Assembly (NCBI GenBank): GCA_038108555.1
Contig: JAYNIA010000020.1
Location: forward strand, 1-43,584
Reading direction: 5' to 3'
DNA length: 43,584 nt
DNA from: Nitrospinota bacterium
GTDB taxonomy: Bacteria > Nitrospinota > Nitrospinia > Nitrospinales > VA-1
Shown: piece after piece, positions 20,666-29,040 of the stretch
How the letters are laid out: each line of letters opens with the position of its first letter
Position numbering within the stretch: the stretch's first letter is position 1
Translations under genes and position numbers: made by a program
Notes under the pieces: generated by a model
Databases searched by the model: none
Seen by the model: the letters and a program-made list of their open reading frames with translations, nothing else
Told to the model about the DNA's origin: nothing

Positions 20666-22036
20666 ATGGAATACGATGTTGAAGAAATAGAAGAGCTGAA
20701 GCGAAAATTGAATATCACGATCCCGGAAGAAGAAGTCTCAAAGAGGGTCAATGAGGCTTACCGGCAGTTGAATAAGGAAATGAAGATGCCGGGATTCCGC
20801 CCGGGAAAGATTCCGCAAAAAGTTCTTGAGAAACAAGTTCCCATGCAATCCTTCGGCCAGATGTTCCAGGAATTAATGCAGGAATATTATGAAGAAGCTC
20901 TCCACAAAACGGGACTCCGTCCCACGGGCCAACCGGAAATTGATCATACCGGCTTACAGGATATAAAGAAAAAGGCTCCTTTAAAATTTTCAGTAATTCT
21001 GGACATCAAACCCGAAATAAAAATTAAAAACTATAAGGGAATGAAGTTCAAAAGGAAGGAAGCGGTTGTTACCGATGATGAAATTCAGGAAACCATGGAA
21101 AAAGTTTTGAGTCGGCATGGTTCCCTGGAAGTTATGCCTCCTGATTATGCTGCACAAAAATGGGATATTTTAAAAATAGATTTCCAGGGTTTTATTGAAG
21201 ATGAGCCCATGGAAAACGAAAAAGCGGATGATTTCGAGCTACGAATTGGCGAAAAGAAAATGCTGGATGGTTTTGAAGACCAGTTGATCGGTCACAAGGC
21301 AGGGGAAGAATTCGAGATCAAGGTAATCCTCCCGCCAAACTGGAATAAGAAAACCCGCCGGATAAGCTTCCCGATTCCCGGAGCCGACGAAAACCAGGAA
21401 GATGACAGGGCCACGTTTAAGATCAAACTCAAAGAAGTAAAACAACTGAGTCTGCCGGAATTGACACAGGAAATTGCCAAACGGGAAGGTTTTGATACTG
21501 TGGAAGAGCTTAATCGCGCCATCAAGGTTGATCTGCAAAACCACAAGGACCAGCAGGAGGAGCTGAAAATAAAAGAAGATATTTTCAATTATCTGGTTAA
21601 AGAGTTTGACACAATGCCTCCGGAATCAGTTATTGAGCGTGAACTGAAATTTATGATTGAAGGTATGAAATTTCAAATCGCACAATCGGGTATGAAACTC
21701 GAAGATTCTGGATTTGAACCGGAAAAAGCTGAGAAAGAATGGAGAGAGAAAGCCATCTTCAATACGAAGGGGTACTTGGCGCTGGAATCCATTGCCCAGG
21801 CAGAAAATATTCATGTTACCCAGCAGGATATGGAAGGCGAATACGAATTGCTGGCGAAACAAACAAATCAAAAAGTGGAAGAAGTTCAAAAACGCATCAT
21901 GTCCAATCCCGATTCCCTCAATCAAACCACTACAAAACTTTTGGGACAAAAGACAATGAACTTTATTTATTCAAATTGTGAGTTTGAATTTTATAAAGAA
22001 GAACCCAAAAAGGAAGAAGAAACGAAAAAAGAATAG
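20666..22036 (+). CDS. tig: Trigger factor
   Basis: GFRPGK ribosome-binding motif; FKBP-type middle domain (IDFQGF...GFEDQLIG). Confidence 0.92.
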   Translation: MEYDVEEIEELKRKLNITIPEEEVSKRVNEAYRQLNKEMKMPGFRPGKIPQKVLEKQVPMQSFGQMFQELMQEYYEEALHKTGLRPTGQPEIDHTGLQDIKKKAPLKFSVILDIKPEIKIKNYKGMKFKRKEAVVTDDEIQETMEKVLSRHGSLEVMPPDYAAQKWDILKIDFQGFIEDEPMENEKADDFELRIGEKKMLDGFEDQLIGHKAGEEFEIKVILPPNWNKKTRRISFPIPGADENQEDDRATFKIKLKEVKQLSLPELTQEIAKREGFDTVEELNRAIKVDLQNHKDQQEELKIKEDIFNYLVKEFDTMPPESVIERELKFMIEGMKFQIAQSGMKLEDSGFEPEKAEKEWREKAIFNTKGYLALESIAQAENIHVTQQDMEGEYELLAKQTNQKVEEVQKRIMSNPDSLNQTTTKLLGQKTMNFIYSNCEFEFYKEEPKKEEETKKE

Positions 22037-22047
22037 AACTTTTTCTG

Positions 22048-22653
22048 TTACCTTCCCGGTTTTGCAACCAATGCCTTAACGATATCTAGATAAACGTTTT
22101 TGTGGGAGACAAGTTCAAATCCTGCTTGTTCTGCATTTTTGACGGTATCACGGTCGAGGAAGGTTCCTTCCAGTTTTTCGGTGAAGTTCGACATGGTTTT
22201 CAGCACAAGTGCGAATAGAGGATTCTTGCTGAGAACATGTTCGAACATAATCAACCTGCCTTCAGGTTTTAATACTCTTTTTATTTCTTTCAAACAATTG
22301 ATTGGGTTTTTTACGGTGCAGAGAACGCAGACGGTGACCACCGTATCAAAACTGTTATCCCGAAAAGCGGTGGTTTGAGCATCCATTTGGCATCGATTCA
22401 TTGTTCCGGAATATTTTTCGACTCTTTCTTTAGACCTTTCAAGCATGACGTAACTGAGATCAATCGCAGTTACATTTAGATTGGGAGGGAAGTTAACCGT
22501 TTCCAGCCCTGTTCCTGTTCCCACATAAAGCACCTTTCCTTTAAGGTTTTTGAAAAGTGATTTTTGATGAGAGTCCCAGCGGAGCATATCTCCGCCACGC
22601 AGGAAATCAAATACCTTGGCCACCCGGTCGTACGATTGTTTTTTCGATTTCAT
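22048..22653 (-). CDS. Class I SAM-dependent methyltransferase
   Basis: VLYVGTGTG, IDLS, FDTVV, RVLKPEG, FEH; start ATG 22653 overlaps the upstream stop (ATGA). Confidence 0.88.
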   Translation of the reverse strand: MKSKKQSYDRVAKVFDFLRGGDMLRWDSHQKSLFKNLKGKVLYVGTGTGLETVNFPPNLNVTAIDLSYVMLERSKERVEKYSGTMNRCQMDAQTTAFRDNSFDTVVTVCVLCTVKNPINCLKEIKRVLKPEGRLIMFEHVLSKNPLFALVLKTMSNFTEKLEGTFLDRDTVKNAEQAGFELVSHKNVYLDIVKALVAKPGR

Positions 22654-23003
22654 GATTGGATCAGAGATTGATTTGCAAAATAGATATAAAGGGAAACAAA
22701 AAAGCCAACAACGGCTCCCCCTAAAATAATTTGCTCCCAAGCCAAAGAGGGCAGGGTGGAAAGCATACCCGACCCCATTCCAATCAACATCCCGTTAAGA
22801 TGCAGTGGTATCATCACTTCAAAAGCGCCAAAAAATGGCATTAACACGAGCATCATAAAAAGCATGAGAACCATTCCAATAAATCCGCCCAAAAGCATTC
22901 CCGCGAACATATTTAAATCCGAAGGGACAATCAGGTGAACACATACCGCCATTATCGATCCTGAAAAAATTCCAATTAAAAAATCTGCGAATTTTAAAAA
23001 CAT
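22650..23003 (-). CDS. Gly/Met-rich membrane protein (about 4 TM)
   Basis: Almost entirely hydrophobic 117-aa ORF, translationally coupled to the methyltransferase. Confidence 0.75.
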   Translation of the reverse strand: MFLKFADFLIGIFSGSIMAVCVHLIVPSDLNMFAGMLLGGFIGMVLMLFMMLVLMPFFGAFEVMIPLHLNGMLIGMGSGMLSTLPSLAWEQIILGGAVVGFFVSLYIYFANQSLIQS

Positions 23004-23233
23004 GGACTAATTTTTATAGATAAGTGGACGATAAGTCGCTTAAGGCCATCAATTATTTGCGATTATACCGTTTTGCCATGAGTCGGCAAACGCATAAATG
23101 TTTTTATTTAAATGGTTTGAGGGAATTAGATGTTTGGCCTTATCCCAGCAGGGAAGCTAATGATTTGATATTGACACTCATTGGACTGAGAGTAATATTG
23201 TAATAATAATTCACGGATTTGAATTAACAAGCC

Positions 23234-24241
23234 ATGGCAAGAAAATATACAGGACCTGAAAAAGCAGCAATTCTACTAATGACGTTGGGTGAAGAAACTG
23301 CGGCACAAGTTTTAGCCAATCTGGACGAGCGTGAAATCCAGAGTGTGGGTAACTACATGTCTGCTTTGGGAGATGTGGATACGCAGGTCATGGATATGAT
23401 CAATAAAGAATTTTATGAATTGGTAGAATCAGGTGGGGGTGGATTAGGAGTTGGGGGTGTTGAATTCCTCAAAACCGCATTGATGCAGGCGATGGACCCT
23501 GCCAAGGCAACCGAAATTTTAAATAATATCACAACCCCGGGCGAAGAAATGGGCGGTGGGTTGGAAACCGTTCGTTTGCTTGATCCTAAAATCATTTCTT
23601 CCTTCATTATCAACGAACATCCACAAACTGCAGCGATCATTTTGGCGCATCTTGATCCCCCTGTTGCAAGTTTGACGATTCGTGAACTTCCAGAAGAAAA
23701 TCGAATGGAAATTGTGCATCGTCTAGCAACTCTTGAAAGGGTGGCCCCTGCTGTTATTCGTGATCTTGATGAAGCTTTGCAGGCGGAATTCAGGACCTCG
23801 GGTGCGGTTTCCGGTAATAAACTGGGTGGCGTTGAAGTTGCCGCTGCTGTTATGGGGTCTCTCGACCGAACGACAGAAACTGCCATTCTTACATCTATGG
23901 ATGAAGTTGATCCCGACCTTGCAAATGAAATCCGTAACCTGCGGTTTACCTTCGAAGATATTCTTAAAGTTGATGACAACGGAATTCAGATGATTATGAA
24001 GGAAATCAATCAGGAAGATCTGTTGATTGCTTTGAAGACCGCTACGGATGAGTTAAAGGAAAAACTATTCACCAATATGTCGGAACGTGCAGCATTGATG
24101 CTGAAAGAAGACCTGGAGTCTTTGGGACCGACAAAAATCAGTGAAGTTGAGAAGGCTCAGCAGAAAATTATTGCAGTTTGTAAAAAACTTGAAGAGGACG
24201 GTAAACTTATTATTGGCGGCGGTGCCGATACCCTGGTTTAG
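23234..24241 (+). CDS. fliG: Flagellar motor switch protein FliG
   Basis: KAAILLMTLG, EHPQTAAIIL, GGV..AA, FTFED, NMSERAA. Confidence 0.96.
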   Translation: MARKYTGPEKAAILLMTLGEETAAQVLANLDEREIQSVGNYMSALGDVDTQVMDMINKEFYELVESGGGGLGVGGVEFLKTALMQAMDPAKATEILNNITTPGEEMGGGLETVRLLDPKIISSFIINEHPQTAAIILAHLDPPVASLTIRELPEENRMEIVHRLATLERVAPAVIRDLDEALQAEFRTSGAVSGNKLGGVEVAAAVMGSLDRTTETAILTSMDEVDPDLANEIRNLRFTFEDILKVDDNGIQMIMKEINQEDLLIALKTATDELKEKLFTNMSERAALMLKEDLESLGPTKISEVEKAQQKIIAVCKKLEEDGKLIIGGGADTLV

Positions 24242-24272
24242 TTCCTGTTCTTACTTTTTTTCCTGTCCAATT

Positions 24273-24797
24273 TTAAGAAACCTGGGCGTTAATTGGTATG
24301 AGGTGAGATTTGATTCCCTTTTCTTCTTCCAGTTTTTCCAGAACAGGATAAATAGAAGCCAGTCCTTCCGAGAGTGTTCCTTCAAGGTGGATATAATAGG
24401 TTCCTGTTTTTCCATCTTCCCCAAGATTAGATTCAAGATGCAAAATGTTTAGTCCTGCATTCGCAAGCGGACCGGTCGCATCTTCCACGACACCTATTCG
24501 ATCTTCGGCAAACAAACTGATTCGAACGTCGGGTTCAAAATGTTGCTGCTTTCCATCTTCCAATTCCACCAGATGGGAATCGAGACCCAAAGGTTCACTG
24601 ACTGAAGATATGATATTTTGAAGGGAATTTTTGCCGCCATCGTGCTCGACCATTAACATGATGGTGAAATAGTTTCCCAGGCGGCTCATAGAAGACTCAC
24701 CCAGGTTGCACCCATTTTTACAAAGCCCCGCGCTTAAATTAGCAACAATGCTGGGCTGATCTTTCCCCACTAATGAAAGCATGAACCAATTCTTCAT
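24273..24797 (-). CDS. Tandem ACT-domain protein, GcvR-like
   Basis: SLVGKDQPSIVA...CNLGESSMSRLG; second ACT AEDRIGVV...GLNI. Confidence 0.85.
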   Translation of the reverse strand: MKNWFMLSLVGKDQPSIVANLSAGLCKNGCNLGESSMSRLGNYFTIMLMVEHDGGKNSLQNIISSVSEPLGLDSHLVELEDGKQQHFEPDVRISLFAEDRIGVVEDATGPLANAGLNILHLESNLGEDGKTGTYYIHLEGTLSEGLASIYPVLEKLEEEKGIKSHLIPINAQVS

Positions 24798-24930
24798 AGA
24801 CTGTTTCCTCTGGTTTCAAATGGATATTTAAACAAGAATAGCACAATATTCCTTAAAATCACGAAATCAATGGATTATAGTAGCAATGGAAAACGCTTAT
24901 TTAGTGCGATTTATATTTTTGGGGTCAAAA

Positions 24931-25086
24931 ATGCGAACAATGATTTTGGTTATTTGCGCTGCAATTTTTTGGATGGTGGGTTGTACGGGGACTCCTGAGA
25001 GAGGAGGCTCGAATAAGGCAAGTTATAAAATGGAGGAAAAGCAATCTCAGGAAAATCAGGACGATGACAGTATCAGCTACTATTAA
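24931..25086 (+). CDS. Small lipoprotein (51 aa)
   Basis: GGGG RBS; MRTMILVICAAIFWMVGC lipobox; polar/acidic tail; followed by a terminator. Confidence 0.65.
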   Translation: MRTMILVICAAIFWMVGCTGTPERGGSNKASYKMEEKQSQENQDDDSISYY

Positions 25087-25100
25087 GCATTTTTTGAAAC

Positions 25101-25134
25101 AAAAAAACCCGGATCTTAATAGACCCGGGTTTTT
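25101..25134. terminator. Bidirectional intrinsic terminator
   Basis: AAAAACCCGG-ATCTTAATAGAC-CCGGGTTTTT between convergent genes. Confidence 0.85.
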
Positions 25135-25152
25135 CAATAAAGTAATTTTTTT

Positions 25153-25527
25153 TTAAGAGCCTTCTCTTTTCATCGGGGCATGTGCGTTGAGGATCCCCGA
25201 CTTCAGAATTGCGTTATTCCCATTTGCATGTTTTCTCGCCGCATAAAAATGGTTGGTCGCTTCTCCATGCCGATCCAAAGCATCCAGACAAAGGGCTTCG
25301 TTATAGTGAATTTCTCCGATACTGGAATCAATACTTGAGGCGGCTTGAAAATGTTTCAAAGCCACATCAAAATGTCCCTGGTTATAATGGGAAATTCCTT
25401 CCTCATTGTGTTTATTAGCTTCTGCATTTGCGCCACTGGGTAAATGTAGGGCCGGGTCCTGGGCAAATGTTAACGAAGACATCAAGGCTACAAAGAGTAA
25501 AGCCAAAATAAAAGATAATTTTTTCAT
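25153..25527 (-). CDS. Small exported TPR-like protein
   Basis: GAAGGAG RBS; signal peptide ending TFA; HNEEGISHYNQG.F..AL..F...IHYNEALCL TPR pattern. Confidence 0.82.
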   Translation of the reverse strand: MKKLSFILALLFVALMSSLTFAQDPALHLPSGANAEANKHNEEGISHYNQGHFDVALKHFQAASSIDSSIGEIHYNEALCLDALDRHGEATNHFYAARKHANGNNAILKSGILNAHAPMKREGS

Positions 25528-25778
25528 CACTAACTCCTTCAAAGTATTGATAAAAAATTACAGCTCATCAAGTATTCAAAAACCTTCCCGTAAAATGTGA
25601 AAAGTAATTTTGTCTTTTTGGTTATTGACCAATGTTTTGCCTGCTCAATGGTTCAAAATTTCCAATTAATTATTCTTCCATAGTACCTCAAAGAATCGAA
25701 GGAATTAAACCCCAAAATAAACATTGAATTTTGTCGTTCAAAGGCGTGAATCCTTTCATCTTAGGTTAAAATGAGTTT

Positions 25779-26246
25779 ATGAATATCTTTATTCTAGATG
25801 CTGATATAGAAAAATGCGCTCAGTTTCACTGCGACAAACATGTAGTAAAAATGGTTTTGGAGTCCGCTCAATTGTTGAGCACCGTTGTGAGAAAGAGTGG
25901 GATAAAAAAAGGATATAAAATGACACATCCCAATCACCCCAATGCCCTGTGGGCCGGGGAGTCTTTGTCAAATTGGAAATGGCTTCGTTCCCTTGCGCAA
26001 GCTCTAAATAAAGAATATCGATACCGCTTCGATAAAAAAATCAATCATAAATCCTATGATTTAATTGTTTCTCTACCTTTGCCCAGGATAAAGGACAAAG
26101 GATTGACTCCTTTTGCCCAGGTAATGCCTGAAAAATACCAGCATAAAAACCCCGTTACCGCTTATAGAAAGTATTACCGAAACGAAAAGAAAAAAATTTT
26201 TAAATGGACAAAAAGGCCGCGTCCGAGATGGATAAGGGCGGCCTAA
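25779..26246 (+). CDS. Pyrimidine-dimer DNA glycosylase / endonuclease V (DenV-like) family protein
   Basis: MNIFILD...CAQFHCDKHVVKMVLESAQLLST, YKMTHPNHP...W, AYRKYY..EK, W.KR..P.W. Confidence 0.8.
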   Translation: MNIFILDADIEKCAQFHCDKHVVKMVLESAQLLSTVVRKSGIKKGYKMTHPNHPNALWAGESLSNWKWLRSLAQALNKEYRYRFDKKINHKSYDLIVSLPLPRIKDKGLTPFAQVMPEKYQHKNPVTAYRKYYRNEKKKIFKWTKRPRPRWIRAA

Positions 26247-26280
26247 AGACTCCTTTTTTGTCTGCTGCTTTTTCCTTTGG

Positions 26281-26309
26281 TTGACAATATCCGACCCCTG
26301 AAATAACAT
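26281..26309 (+). promoter_or_regulatory. Sigma70-type promoter of the HDOD gene
   Basis: TTGACA-N17-TAACAT. Confidence 0.55.
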
Positions 26310-26351
26310 GGATTGTCCCGACTATATTCAATACTTCTATCTGGTAAAACG

Positions 26352-27215
26352 ATGAGAGAGCAAATAATTAACCTCCTGCAGCAGAAAGGAGAACTACCTC
26401 CTTTACCCGAAGTTCTTTTAGAACTTGAAAAATTAATTAATGACCCTGACTGCAATGTAGATGATATTCATCGACTTATAAAAGCCGATATGGTTTTAAC
26501 AGGGAAGGTTGTAACTCTGGCTAATAATGTTTATTTTTCAGGAGGACGGGAAAAAGCAGATGGAATAGAAGAGGCCATCGTTCGCCTGGGGCTGAAAATG
26601 GTTCTCGATCTTTGCTATAGCGTAGAAGTTCCTAAAGCGTTTAAAAAAATAAAATCATTCGATCAAAATCAATTCTGGAAACATTCCCTGGCAGTGGGGT
26701 ATTTGACAAGGATGCTTGCAAATCATCTATTGGATGACCCAGAGGCTTTGGAAGCAAGTTTCCTGGCGGGTTTAATGCACGATGTCGGCATTCTGGTTTT
26801 CGATTACCTTATACCTGAAGAATATAATGAATTCTTGCATGAAAAAGACCTCAGTAACTCTGCCGAACCTTTAGAAGTTCTTGAGTTGAAAAAGTTTGGT
26901 ATTGACCATCAGGAATTGGGCGGAATGTTTCTGGAAAAATGGTGGAAGTTGCTTCCTTTTATTACCACCGCTGTAACCATTCATCATAAAAACTATGAAG
27001 GGCAGGATAAGGAAATCTCTCTAACCGAAATTTTAAGTGCGGCTAATAAAATTGCCAATGAACATGGAATTGCCCACCCCATTGCAACTCAGTACCAAGA
27101 AACTCTCAGCGAAGACTTTATTAAGAAAACGGGGATAACCCAGGAAGAGCTCGAGTTTTTCATAGATCAAACCCAAATAGGGTTATTGGCATTTGATTGC
27201 CTGACTGAATCCTGA
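26352..27215 (+). CDS. HDOD-domain signalling protein (intact)
   Basis: LPPLP, LANN.YF, EAIVRLG, FWKHS, AGLMHDVG, DHQELG...W. Start set at ATG 26352. Confidence 0.9.
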   Translation: MREQIINLLQQKGELPPLPEVLLELEKLINDPDCNVDDIHRLIKADMVLTGKVVTLANNVYFSGGREKADGIEEAIVRLGLKMVLDLCYSVEVPKAFKKIKSFDQNQFWKHSLAVGYLTRMLANHLLDDPEALEASFLAGLMHDVGILVFDYLIPEEYNEFLHEKDLSNSAEPLEVLELKKFGIDHQELGGMFLEKWWKLLPFITTAVTIHHKNYEGQDKEISLTEILSAANKIANEHGIAHPIATQYQETLSEDFIKKTGITQEELEFFIDQTQIGLLAFDCLTES

Positions 27216-27267
27216 TCCACTCTATCTAATAAAATTATTTGTTTTTTCATTTCTCCTTCTTTTTTCC

Positions 27268-27296
27268 TTGACTTTGATAATCATTATCAATATTAT
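27268..27296 (+). promoter_or_regulatory. Sigma70 promoter with a Fur box filling the spacer
   Basis: TTGACT (27268-73), perfect palindrome TTGATAATCATTATCAA (27274-90), TATTAT (27291-96). Confidence 0.88.
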
Positions 27297-27340
27297 TGTT
27301 GGGAATTACAGTGTTGGAATATTAATTAAAGGAGGAACAA

Positions 27341-27433
27341 ATGATTGATCTTAAATACAATGAATCCAGTCAGTTACGGGTTCGCTTGGCTATTCTTGAG
27401 TCCCAATTAAAAGTGGCAAATCGGAAGGTTTAA
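27341..27433 (+). CDS. Small ORF (30 aa) under the Fur-box promoter, coiled-coil-like
   Basis: AAAGGAGG RBS 5 nt before ATG; MIDLKYNESSQLRVRLAILESQLKVANRKV*. The frame stays open after the TAA until 27493. Confidence 0.65.
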   Translation: MIDLKYNESSQLRVRLAILESQLKVANRKV

Positions 27434-27667
27434 AACCTGCAAAAAAACAACAAAACTGAGGGTGATTGGACCAAGTCGCCTTTGGCAAAATAAAAAAGTT
27501 CTCCCAATCTTTGGGAGAGGGTCGCTGGATTTGGCGGCACCAAATAACTCATCATTGGACAGGAGATGATGGACCGGAACTCTCCTTATATTGATAATTC
27601 CTTCATCTATTTGATTTAATATTTCTATTTAGCTTCCCTTTGGCTTTTTCCCCATTTCATTACTGTA

Positions 27668-27696
27668 TTGACTTCAGTGTCGTTTCTGTCTAGCAT
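27668..27696 (+). promoter_or_regulatory. Sigma70-type promoter of the pqi operon
   Basis: TTGACT-N17-TAGCAT, about 90 nt before pqiA. Confidence 0.6.
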
Positions 27697-27784
27697 TCTC
27701 AAAGTCTATAAATTTTAACAACTTGAAAACTTGTTACTTCCAGCCAGATTAAGGTTAATTTTTAATCAATTGGGGGTGGAGAAA

Positions 27785-29035
27785 ATGATGGCGGAAAGCC
27801 TAACGGGGAAAATTTTTGCCTGCCACGAATGCGATCATTTTTATACCTACGAAATGATTCCAGTGGGGGCCAAGGCCACTTGCCGTCATTGCGGTAGTTT
27901 GCTCTATCGTCATATACCGGACTCAATCAATCGAAGCCTGGCCTTATATTCAACGGCATTGATTCTATTTTTCATAGCCAATTCCTATCCCTTTCTATCT
28001 TTGGAGTTGGGAGGGCGGGTGATTGAGAACCTCCTTTTTTCCAGTGGTTTTGCCATGTACCAACAGGGCATGGGAGGTTTAGGTGCCCTCATTATTCTCA
28101 CCAGTATTCTTTTCCCTTTCCTTGTTATTGTTGGAAGACTCTATTTGCTTATCCCCGCGCGTCTTGGGACCACAGCACCTTTCATGCCACAAGTATACAG
28201 ATTCGTTAATGCCCTTATTCCCTGGAGCCTGGTGGGGGTTTTTTTGCTTGGGGTGCTGATTGCCATCGTCAAATTACAAGATTTGGCAAATGTAGCGACC
28301 GGTCCAAGTTTGGTTGCCCTGGCAGCTTTGCTTTTTGTCTACACCGCTGCTCGGGCCAGTTTTAATCCACATGATTTGTGGATTTTAATAGGGGATTCTT
28401 ATACAGAATTGACTGAAGAAGATATTGCTTCCGGAAAAGTTTTAAATTGCCACACTTGCGGGTTGTTGAATCGATATACAGATGCAAACCAAAGATGTAA
28501 TCGATGCCAGACATTGCTGCATTACAGAAAACCTAAAAGCGTGGAAACCACCTGGGCTTTATTGATTGCTGCTTTTGTTTTGTTAATTCCGGCTAATGTT
28601 TATCCGGTGATGACAGTCATTCGATTTGGTCAGGGAGAACCGAGCACCATTTTGAGTGGCGTCTTGCATTTAATTGAATCAGGCATGTGGGGACTGGCCA
28701 TGATCGTTTTTATAGCCAGCATTGTTGTTCCGGTTATGAAATTAATTATTTTGAGTTTTTTGTTAATCAGTGTTCAAAAAAAATCTATCTGGCGACCTTA
28801 TGACCGCACCTTGCTTTACCGTGTTACTGAAGTTGTTGGGGCGTGGTCTATGGTGGATATATTTTTGGTAGGTCTTTTATCCTCACTGGTTAGCCTGGAT
28901 GCTTTGTCAACAATCAGTCCTGGGATAGGGGCCATATTTTTTGCGGCGGTGGTGGTTATCACCATGTTTGCGGCACACAGTTTTGATCCGCGCCTTATTT
29001 GGGACGAAATAAAAGAAAAAAACTATAAAGATTAA
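27785..29035 (+). CDS. pqiA: Intermembrane transport protein PqiA
   Basis: Two paired CxxC modules (CHECD/CRHCG; CHTCG/CNRCQ), PAN.YP, FIASIVVP..K, WSMVDIF. Confidence 0.93.
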   Translation: MMAESLTGKIFACHECDHFYTYEMIPVGAKATCRHCGSLLYRHIPDSINRSLALYSTALILFFIANSYPFLSLELGGRVIENLLFSSGFAMYQQGMGGLGALIILTSILFPFLVIVGRLYLLIPARLGTTAPFMPQVYRFVNALIPWSLVGVFLLGVLIAIVKLQDLANVATGPSLVALAALLFVYTAARASFNPHDLWILIGDSYTELTEEDIASGKVLNCHTCGLLNRYTDANQRCNRCQTLLHYRKPKSVETTWALLIAAFVLLIPANVYPVMTVIRFGQGEPSTILSGVLHLIESGMWGLAMIVFIASIVVPVMKLIILSFLLISVQKKSIWRPYDRTLLYRVTEVVGAWSMVDIFLVGLLSSLVSLDALSTISPGIGAIFFAAVVVITMFAAHSFDPRLIWDEIKEKNYKD

Positions 29036-29040
29036 AGCCA

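Noticed and set aside
27566..27619. 17-codon ORF MMDRNSPYIDNSFIYLI after AGGAG
   Set aside because: SD spacing is 0-3 nt and the start lies within a hairpin; not supportable as a CDS.
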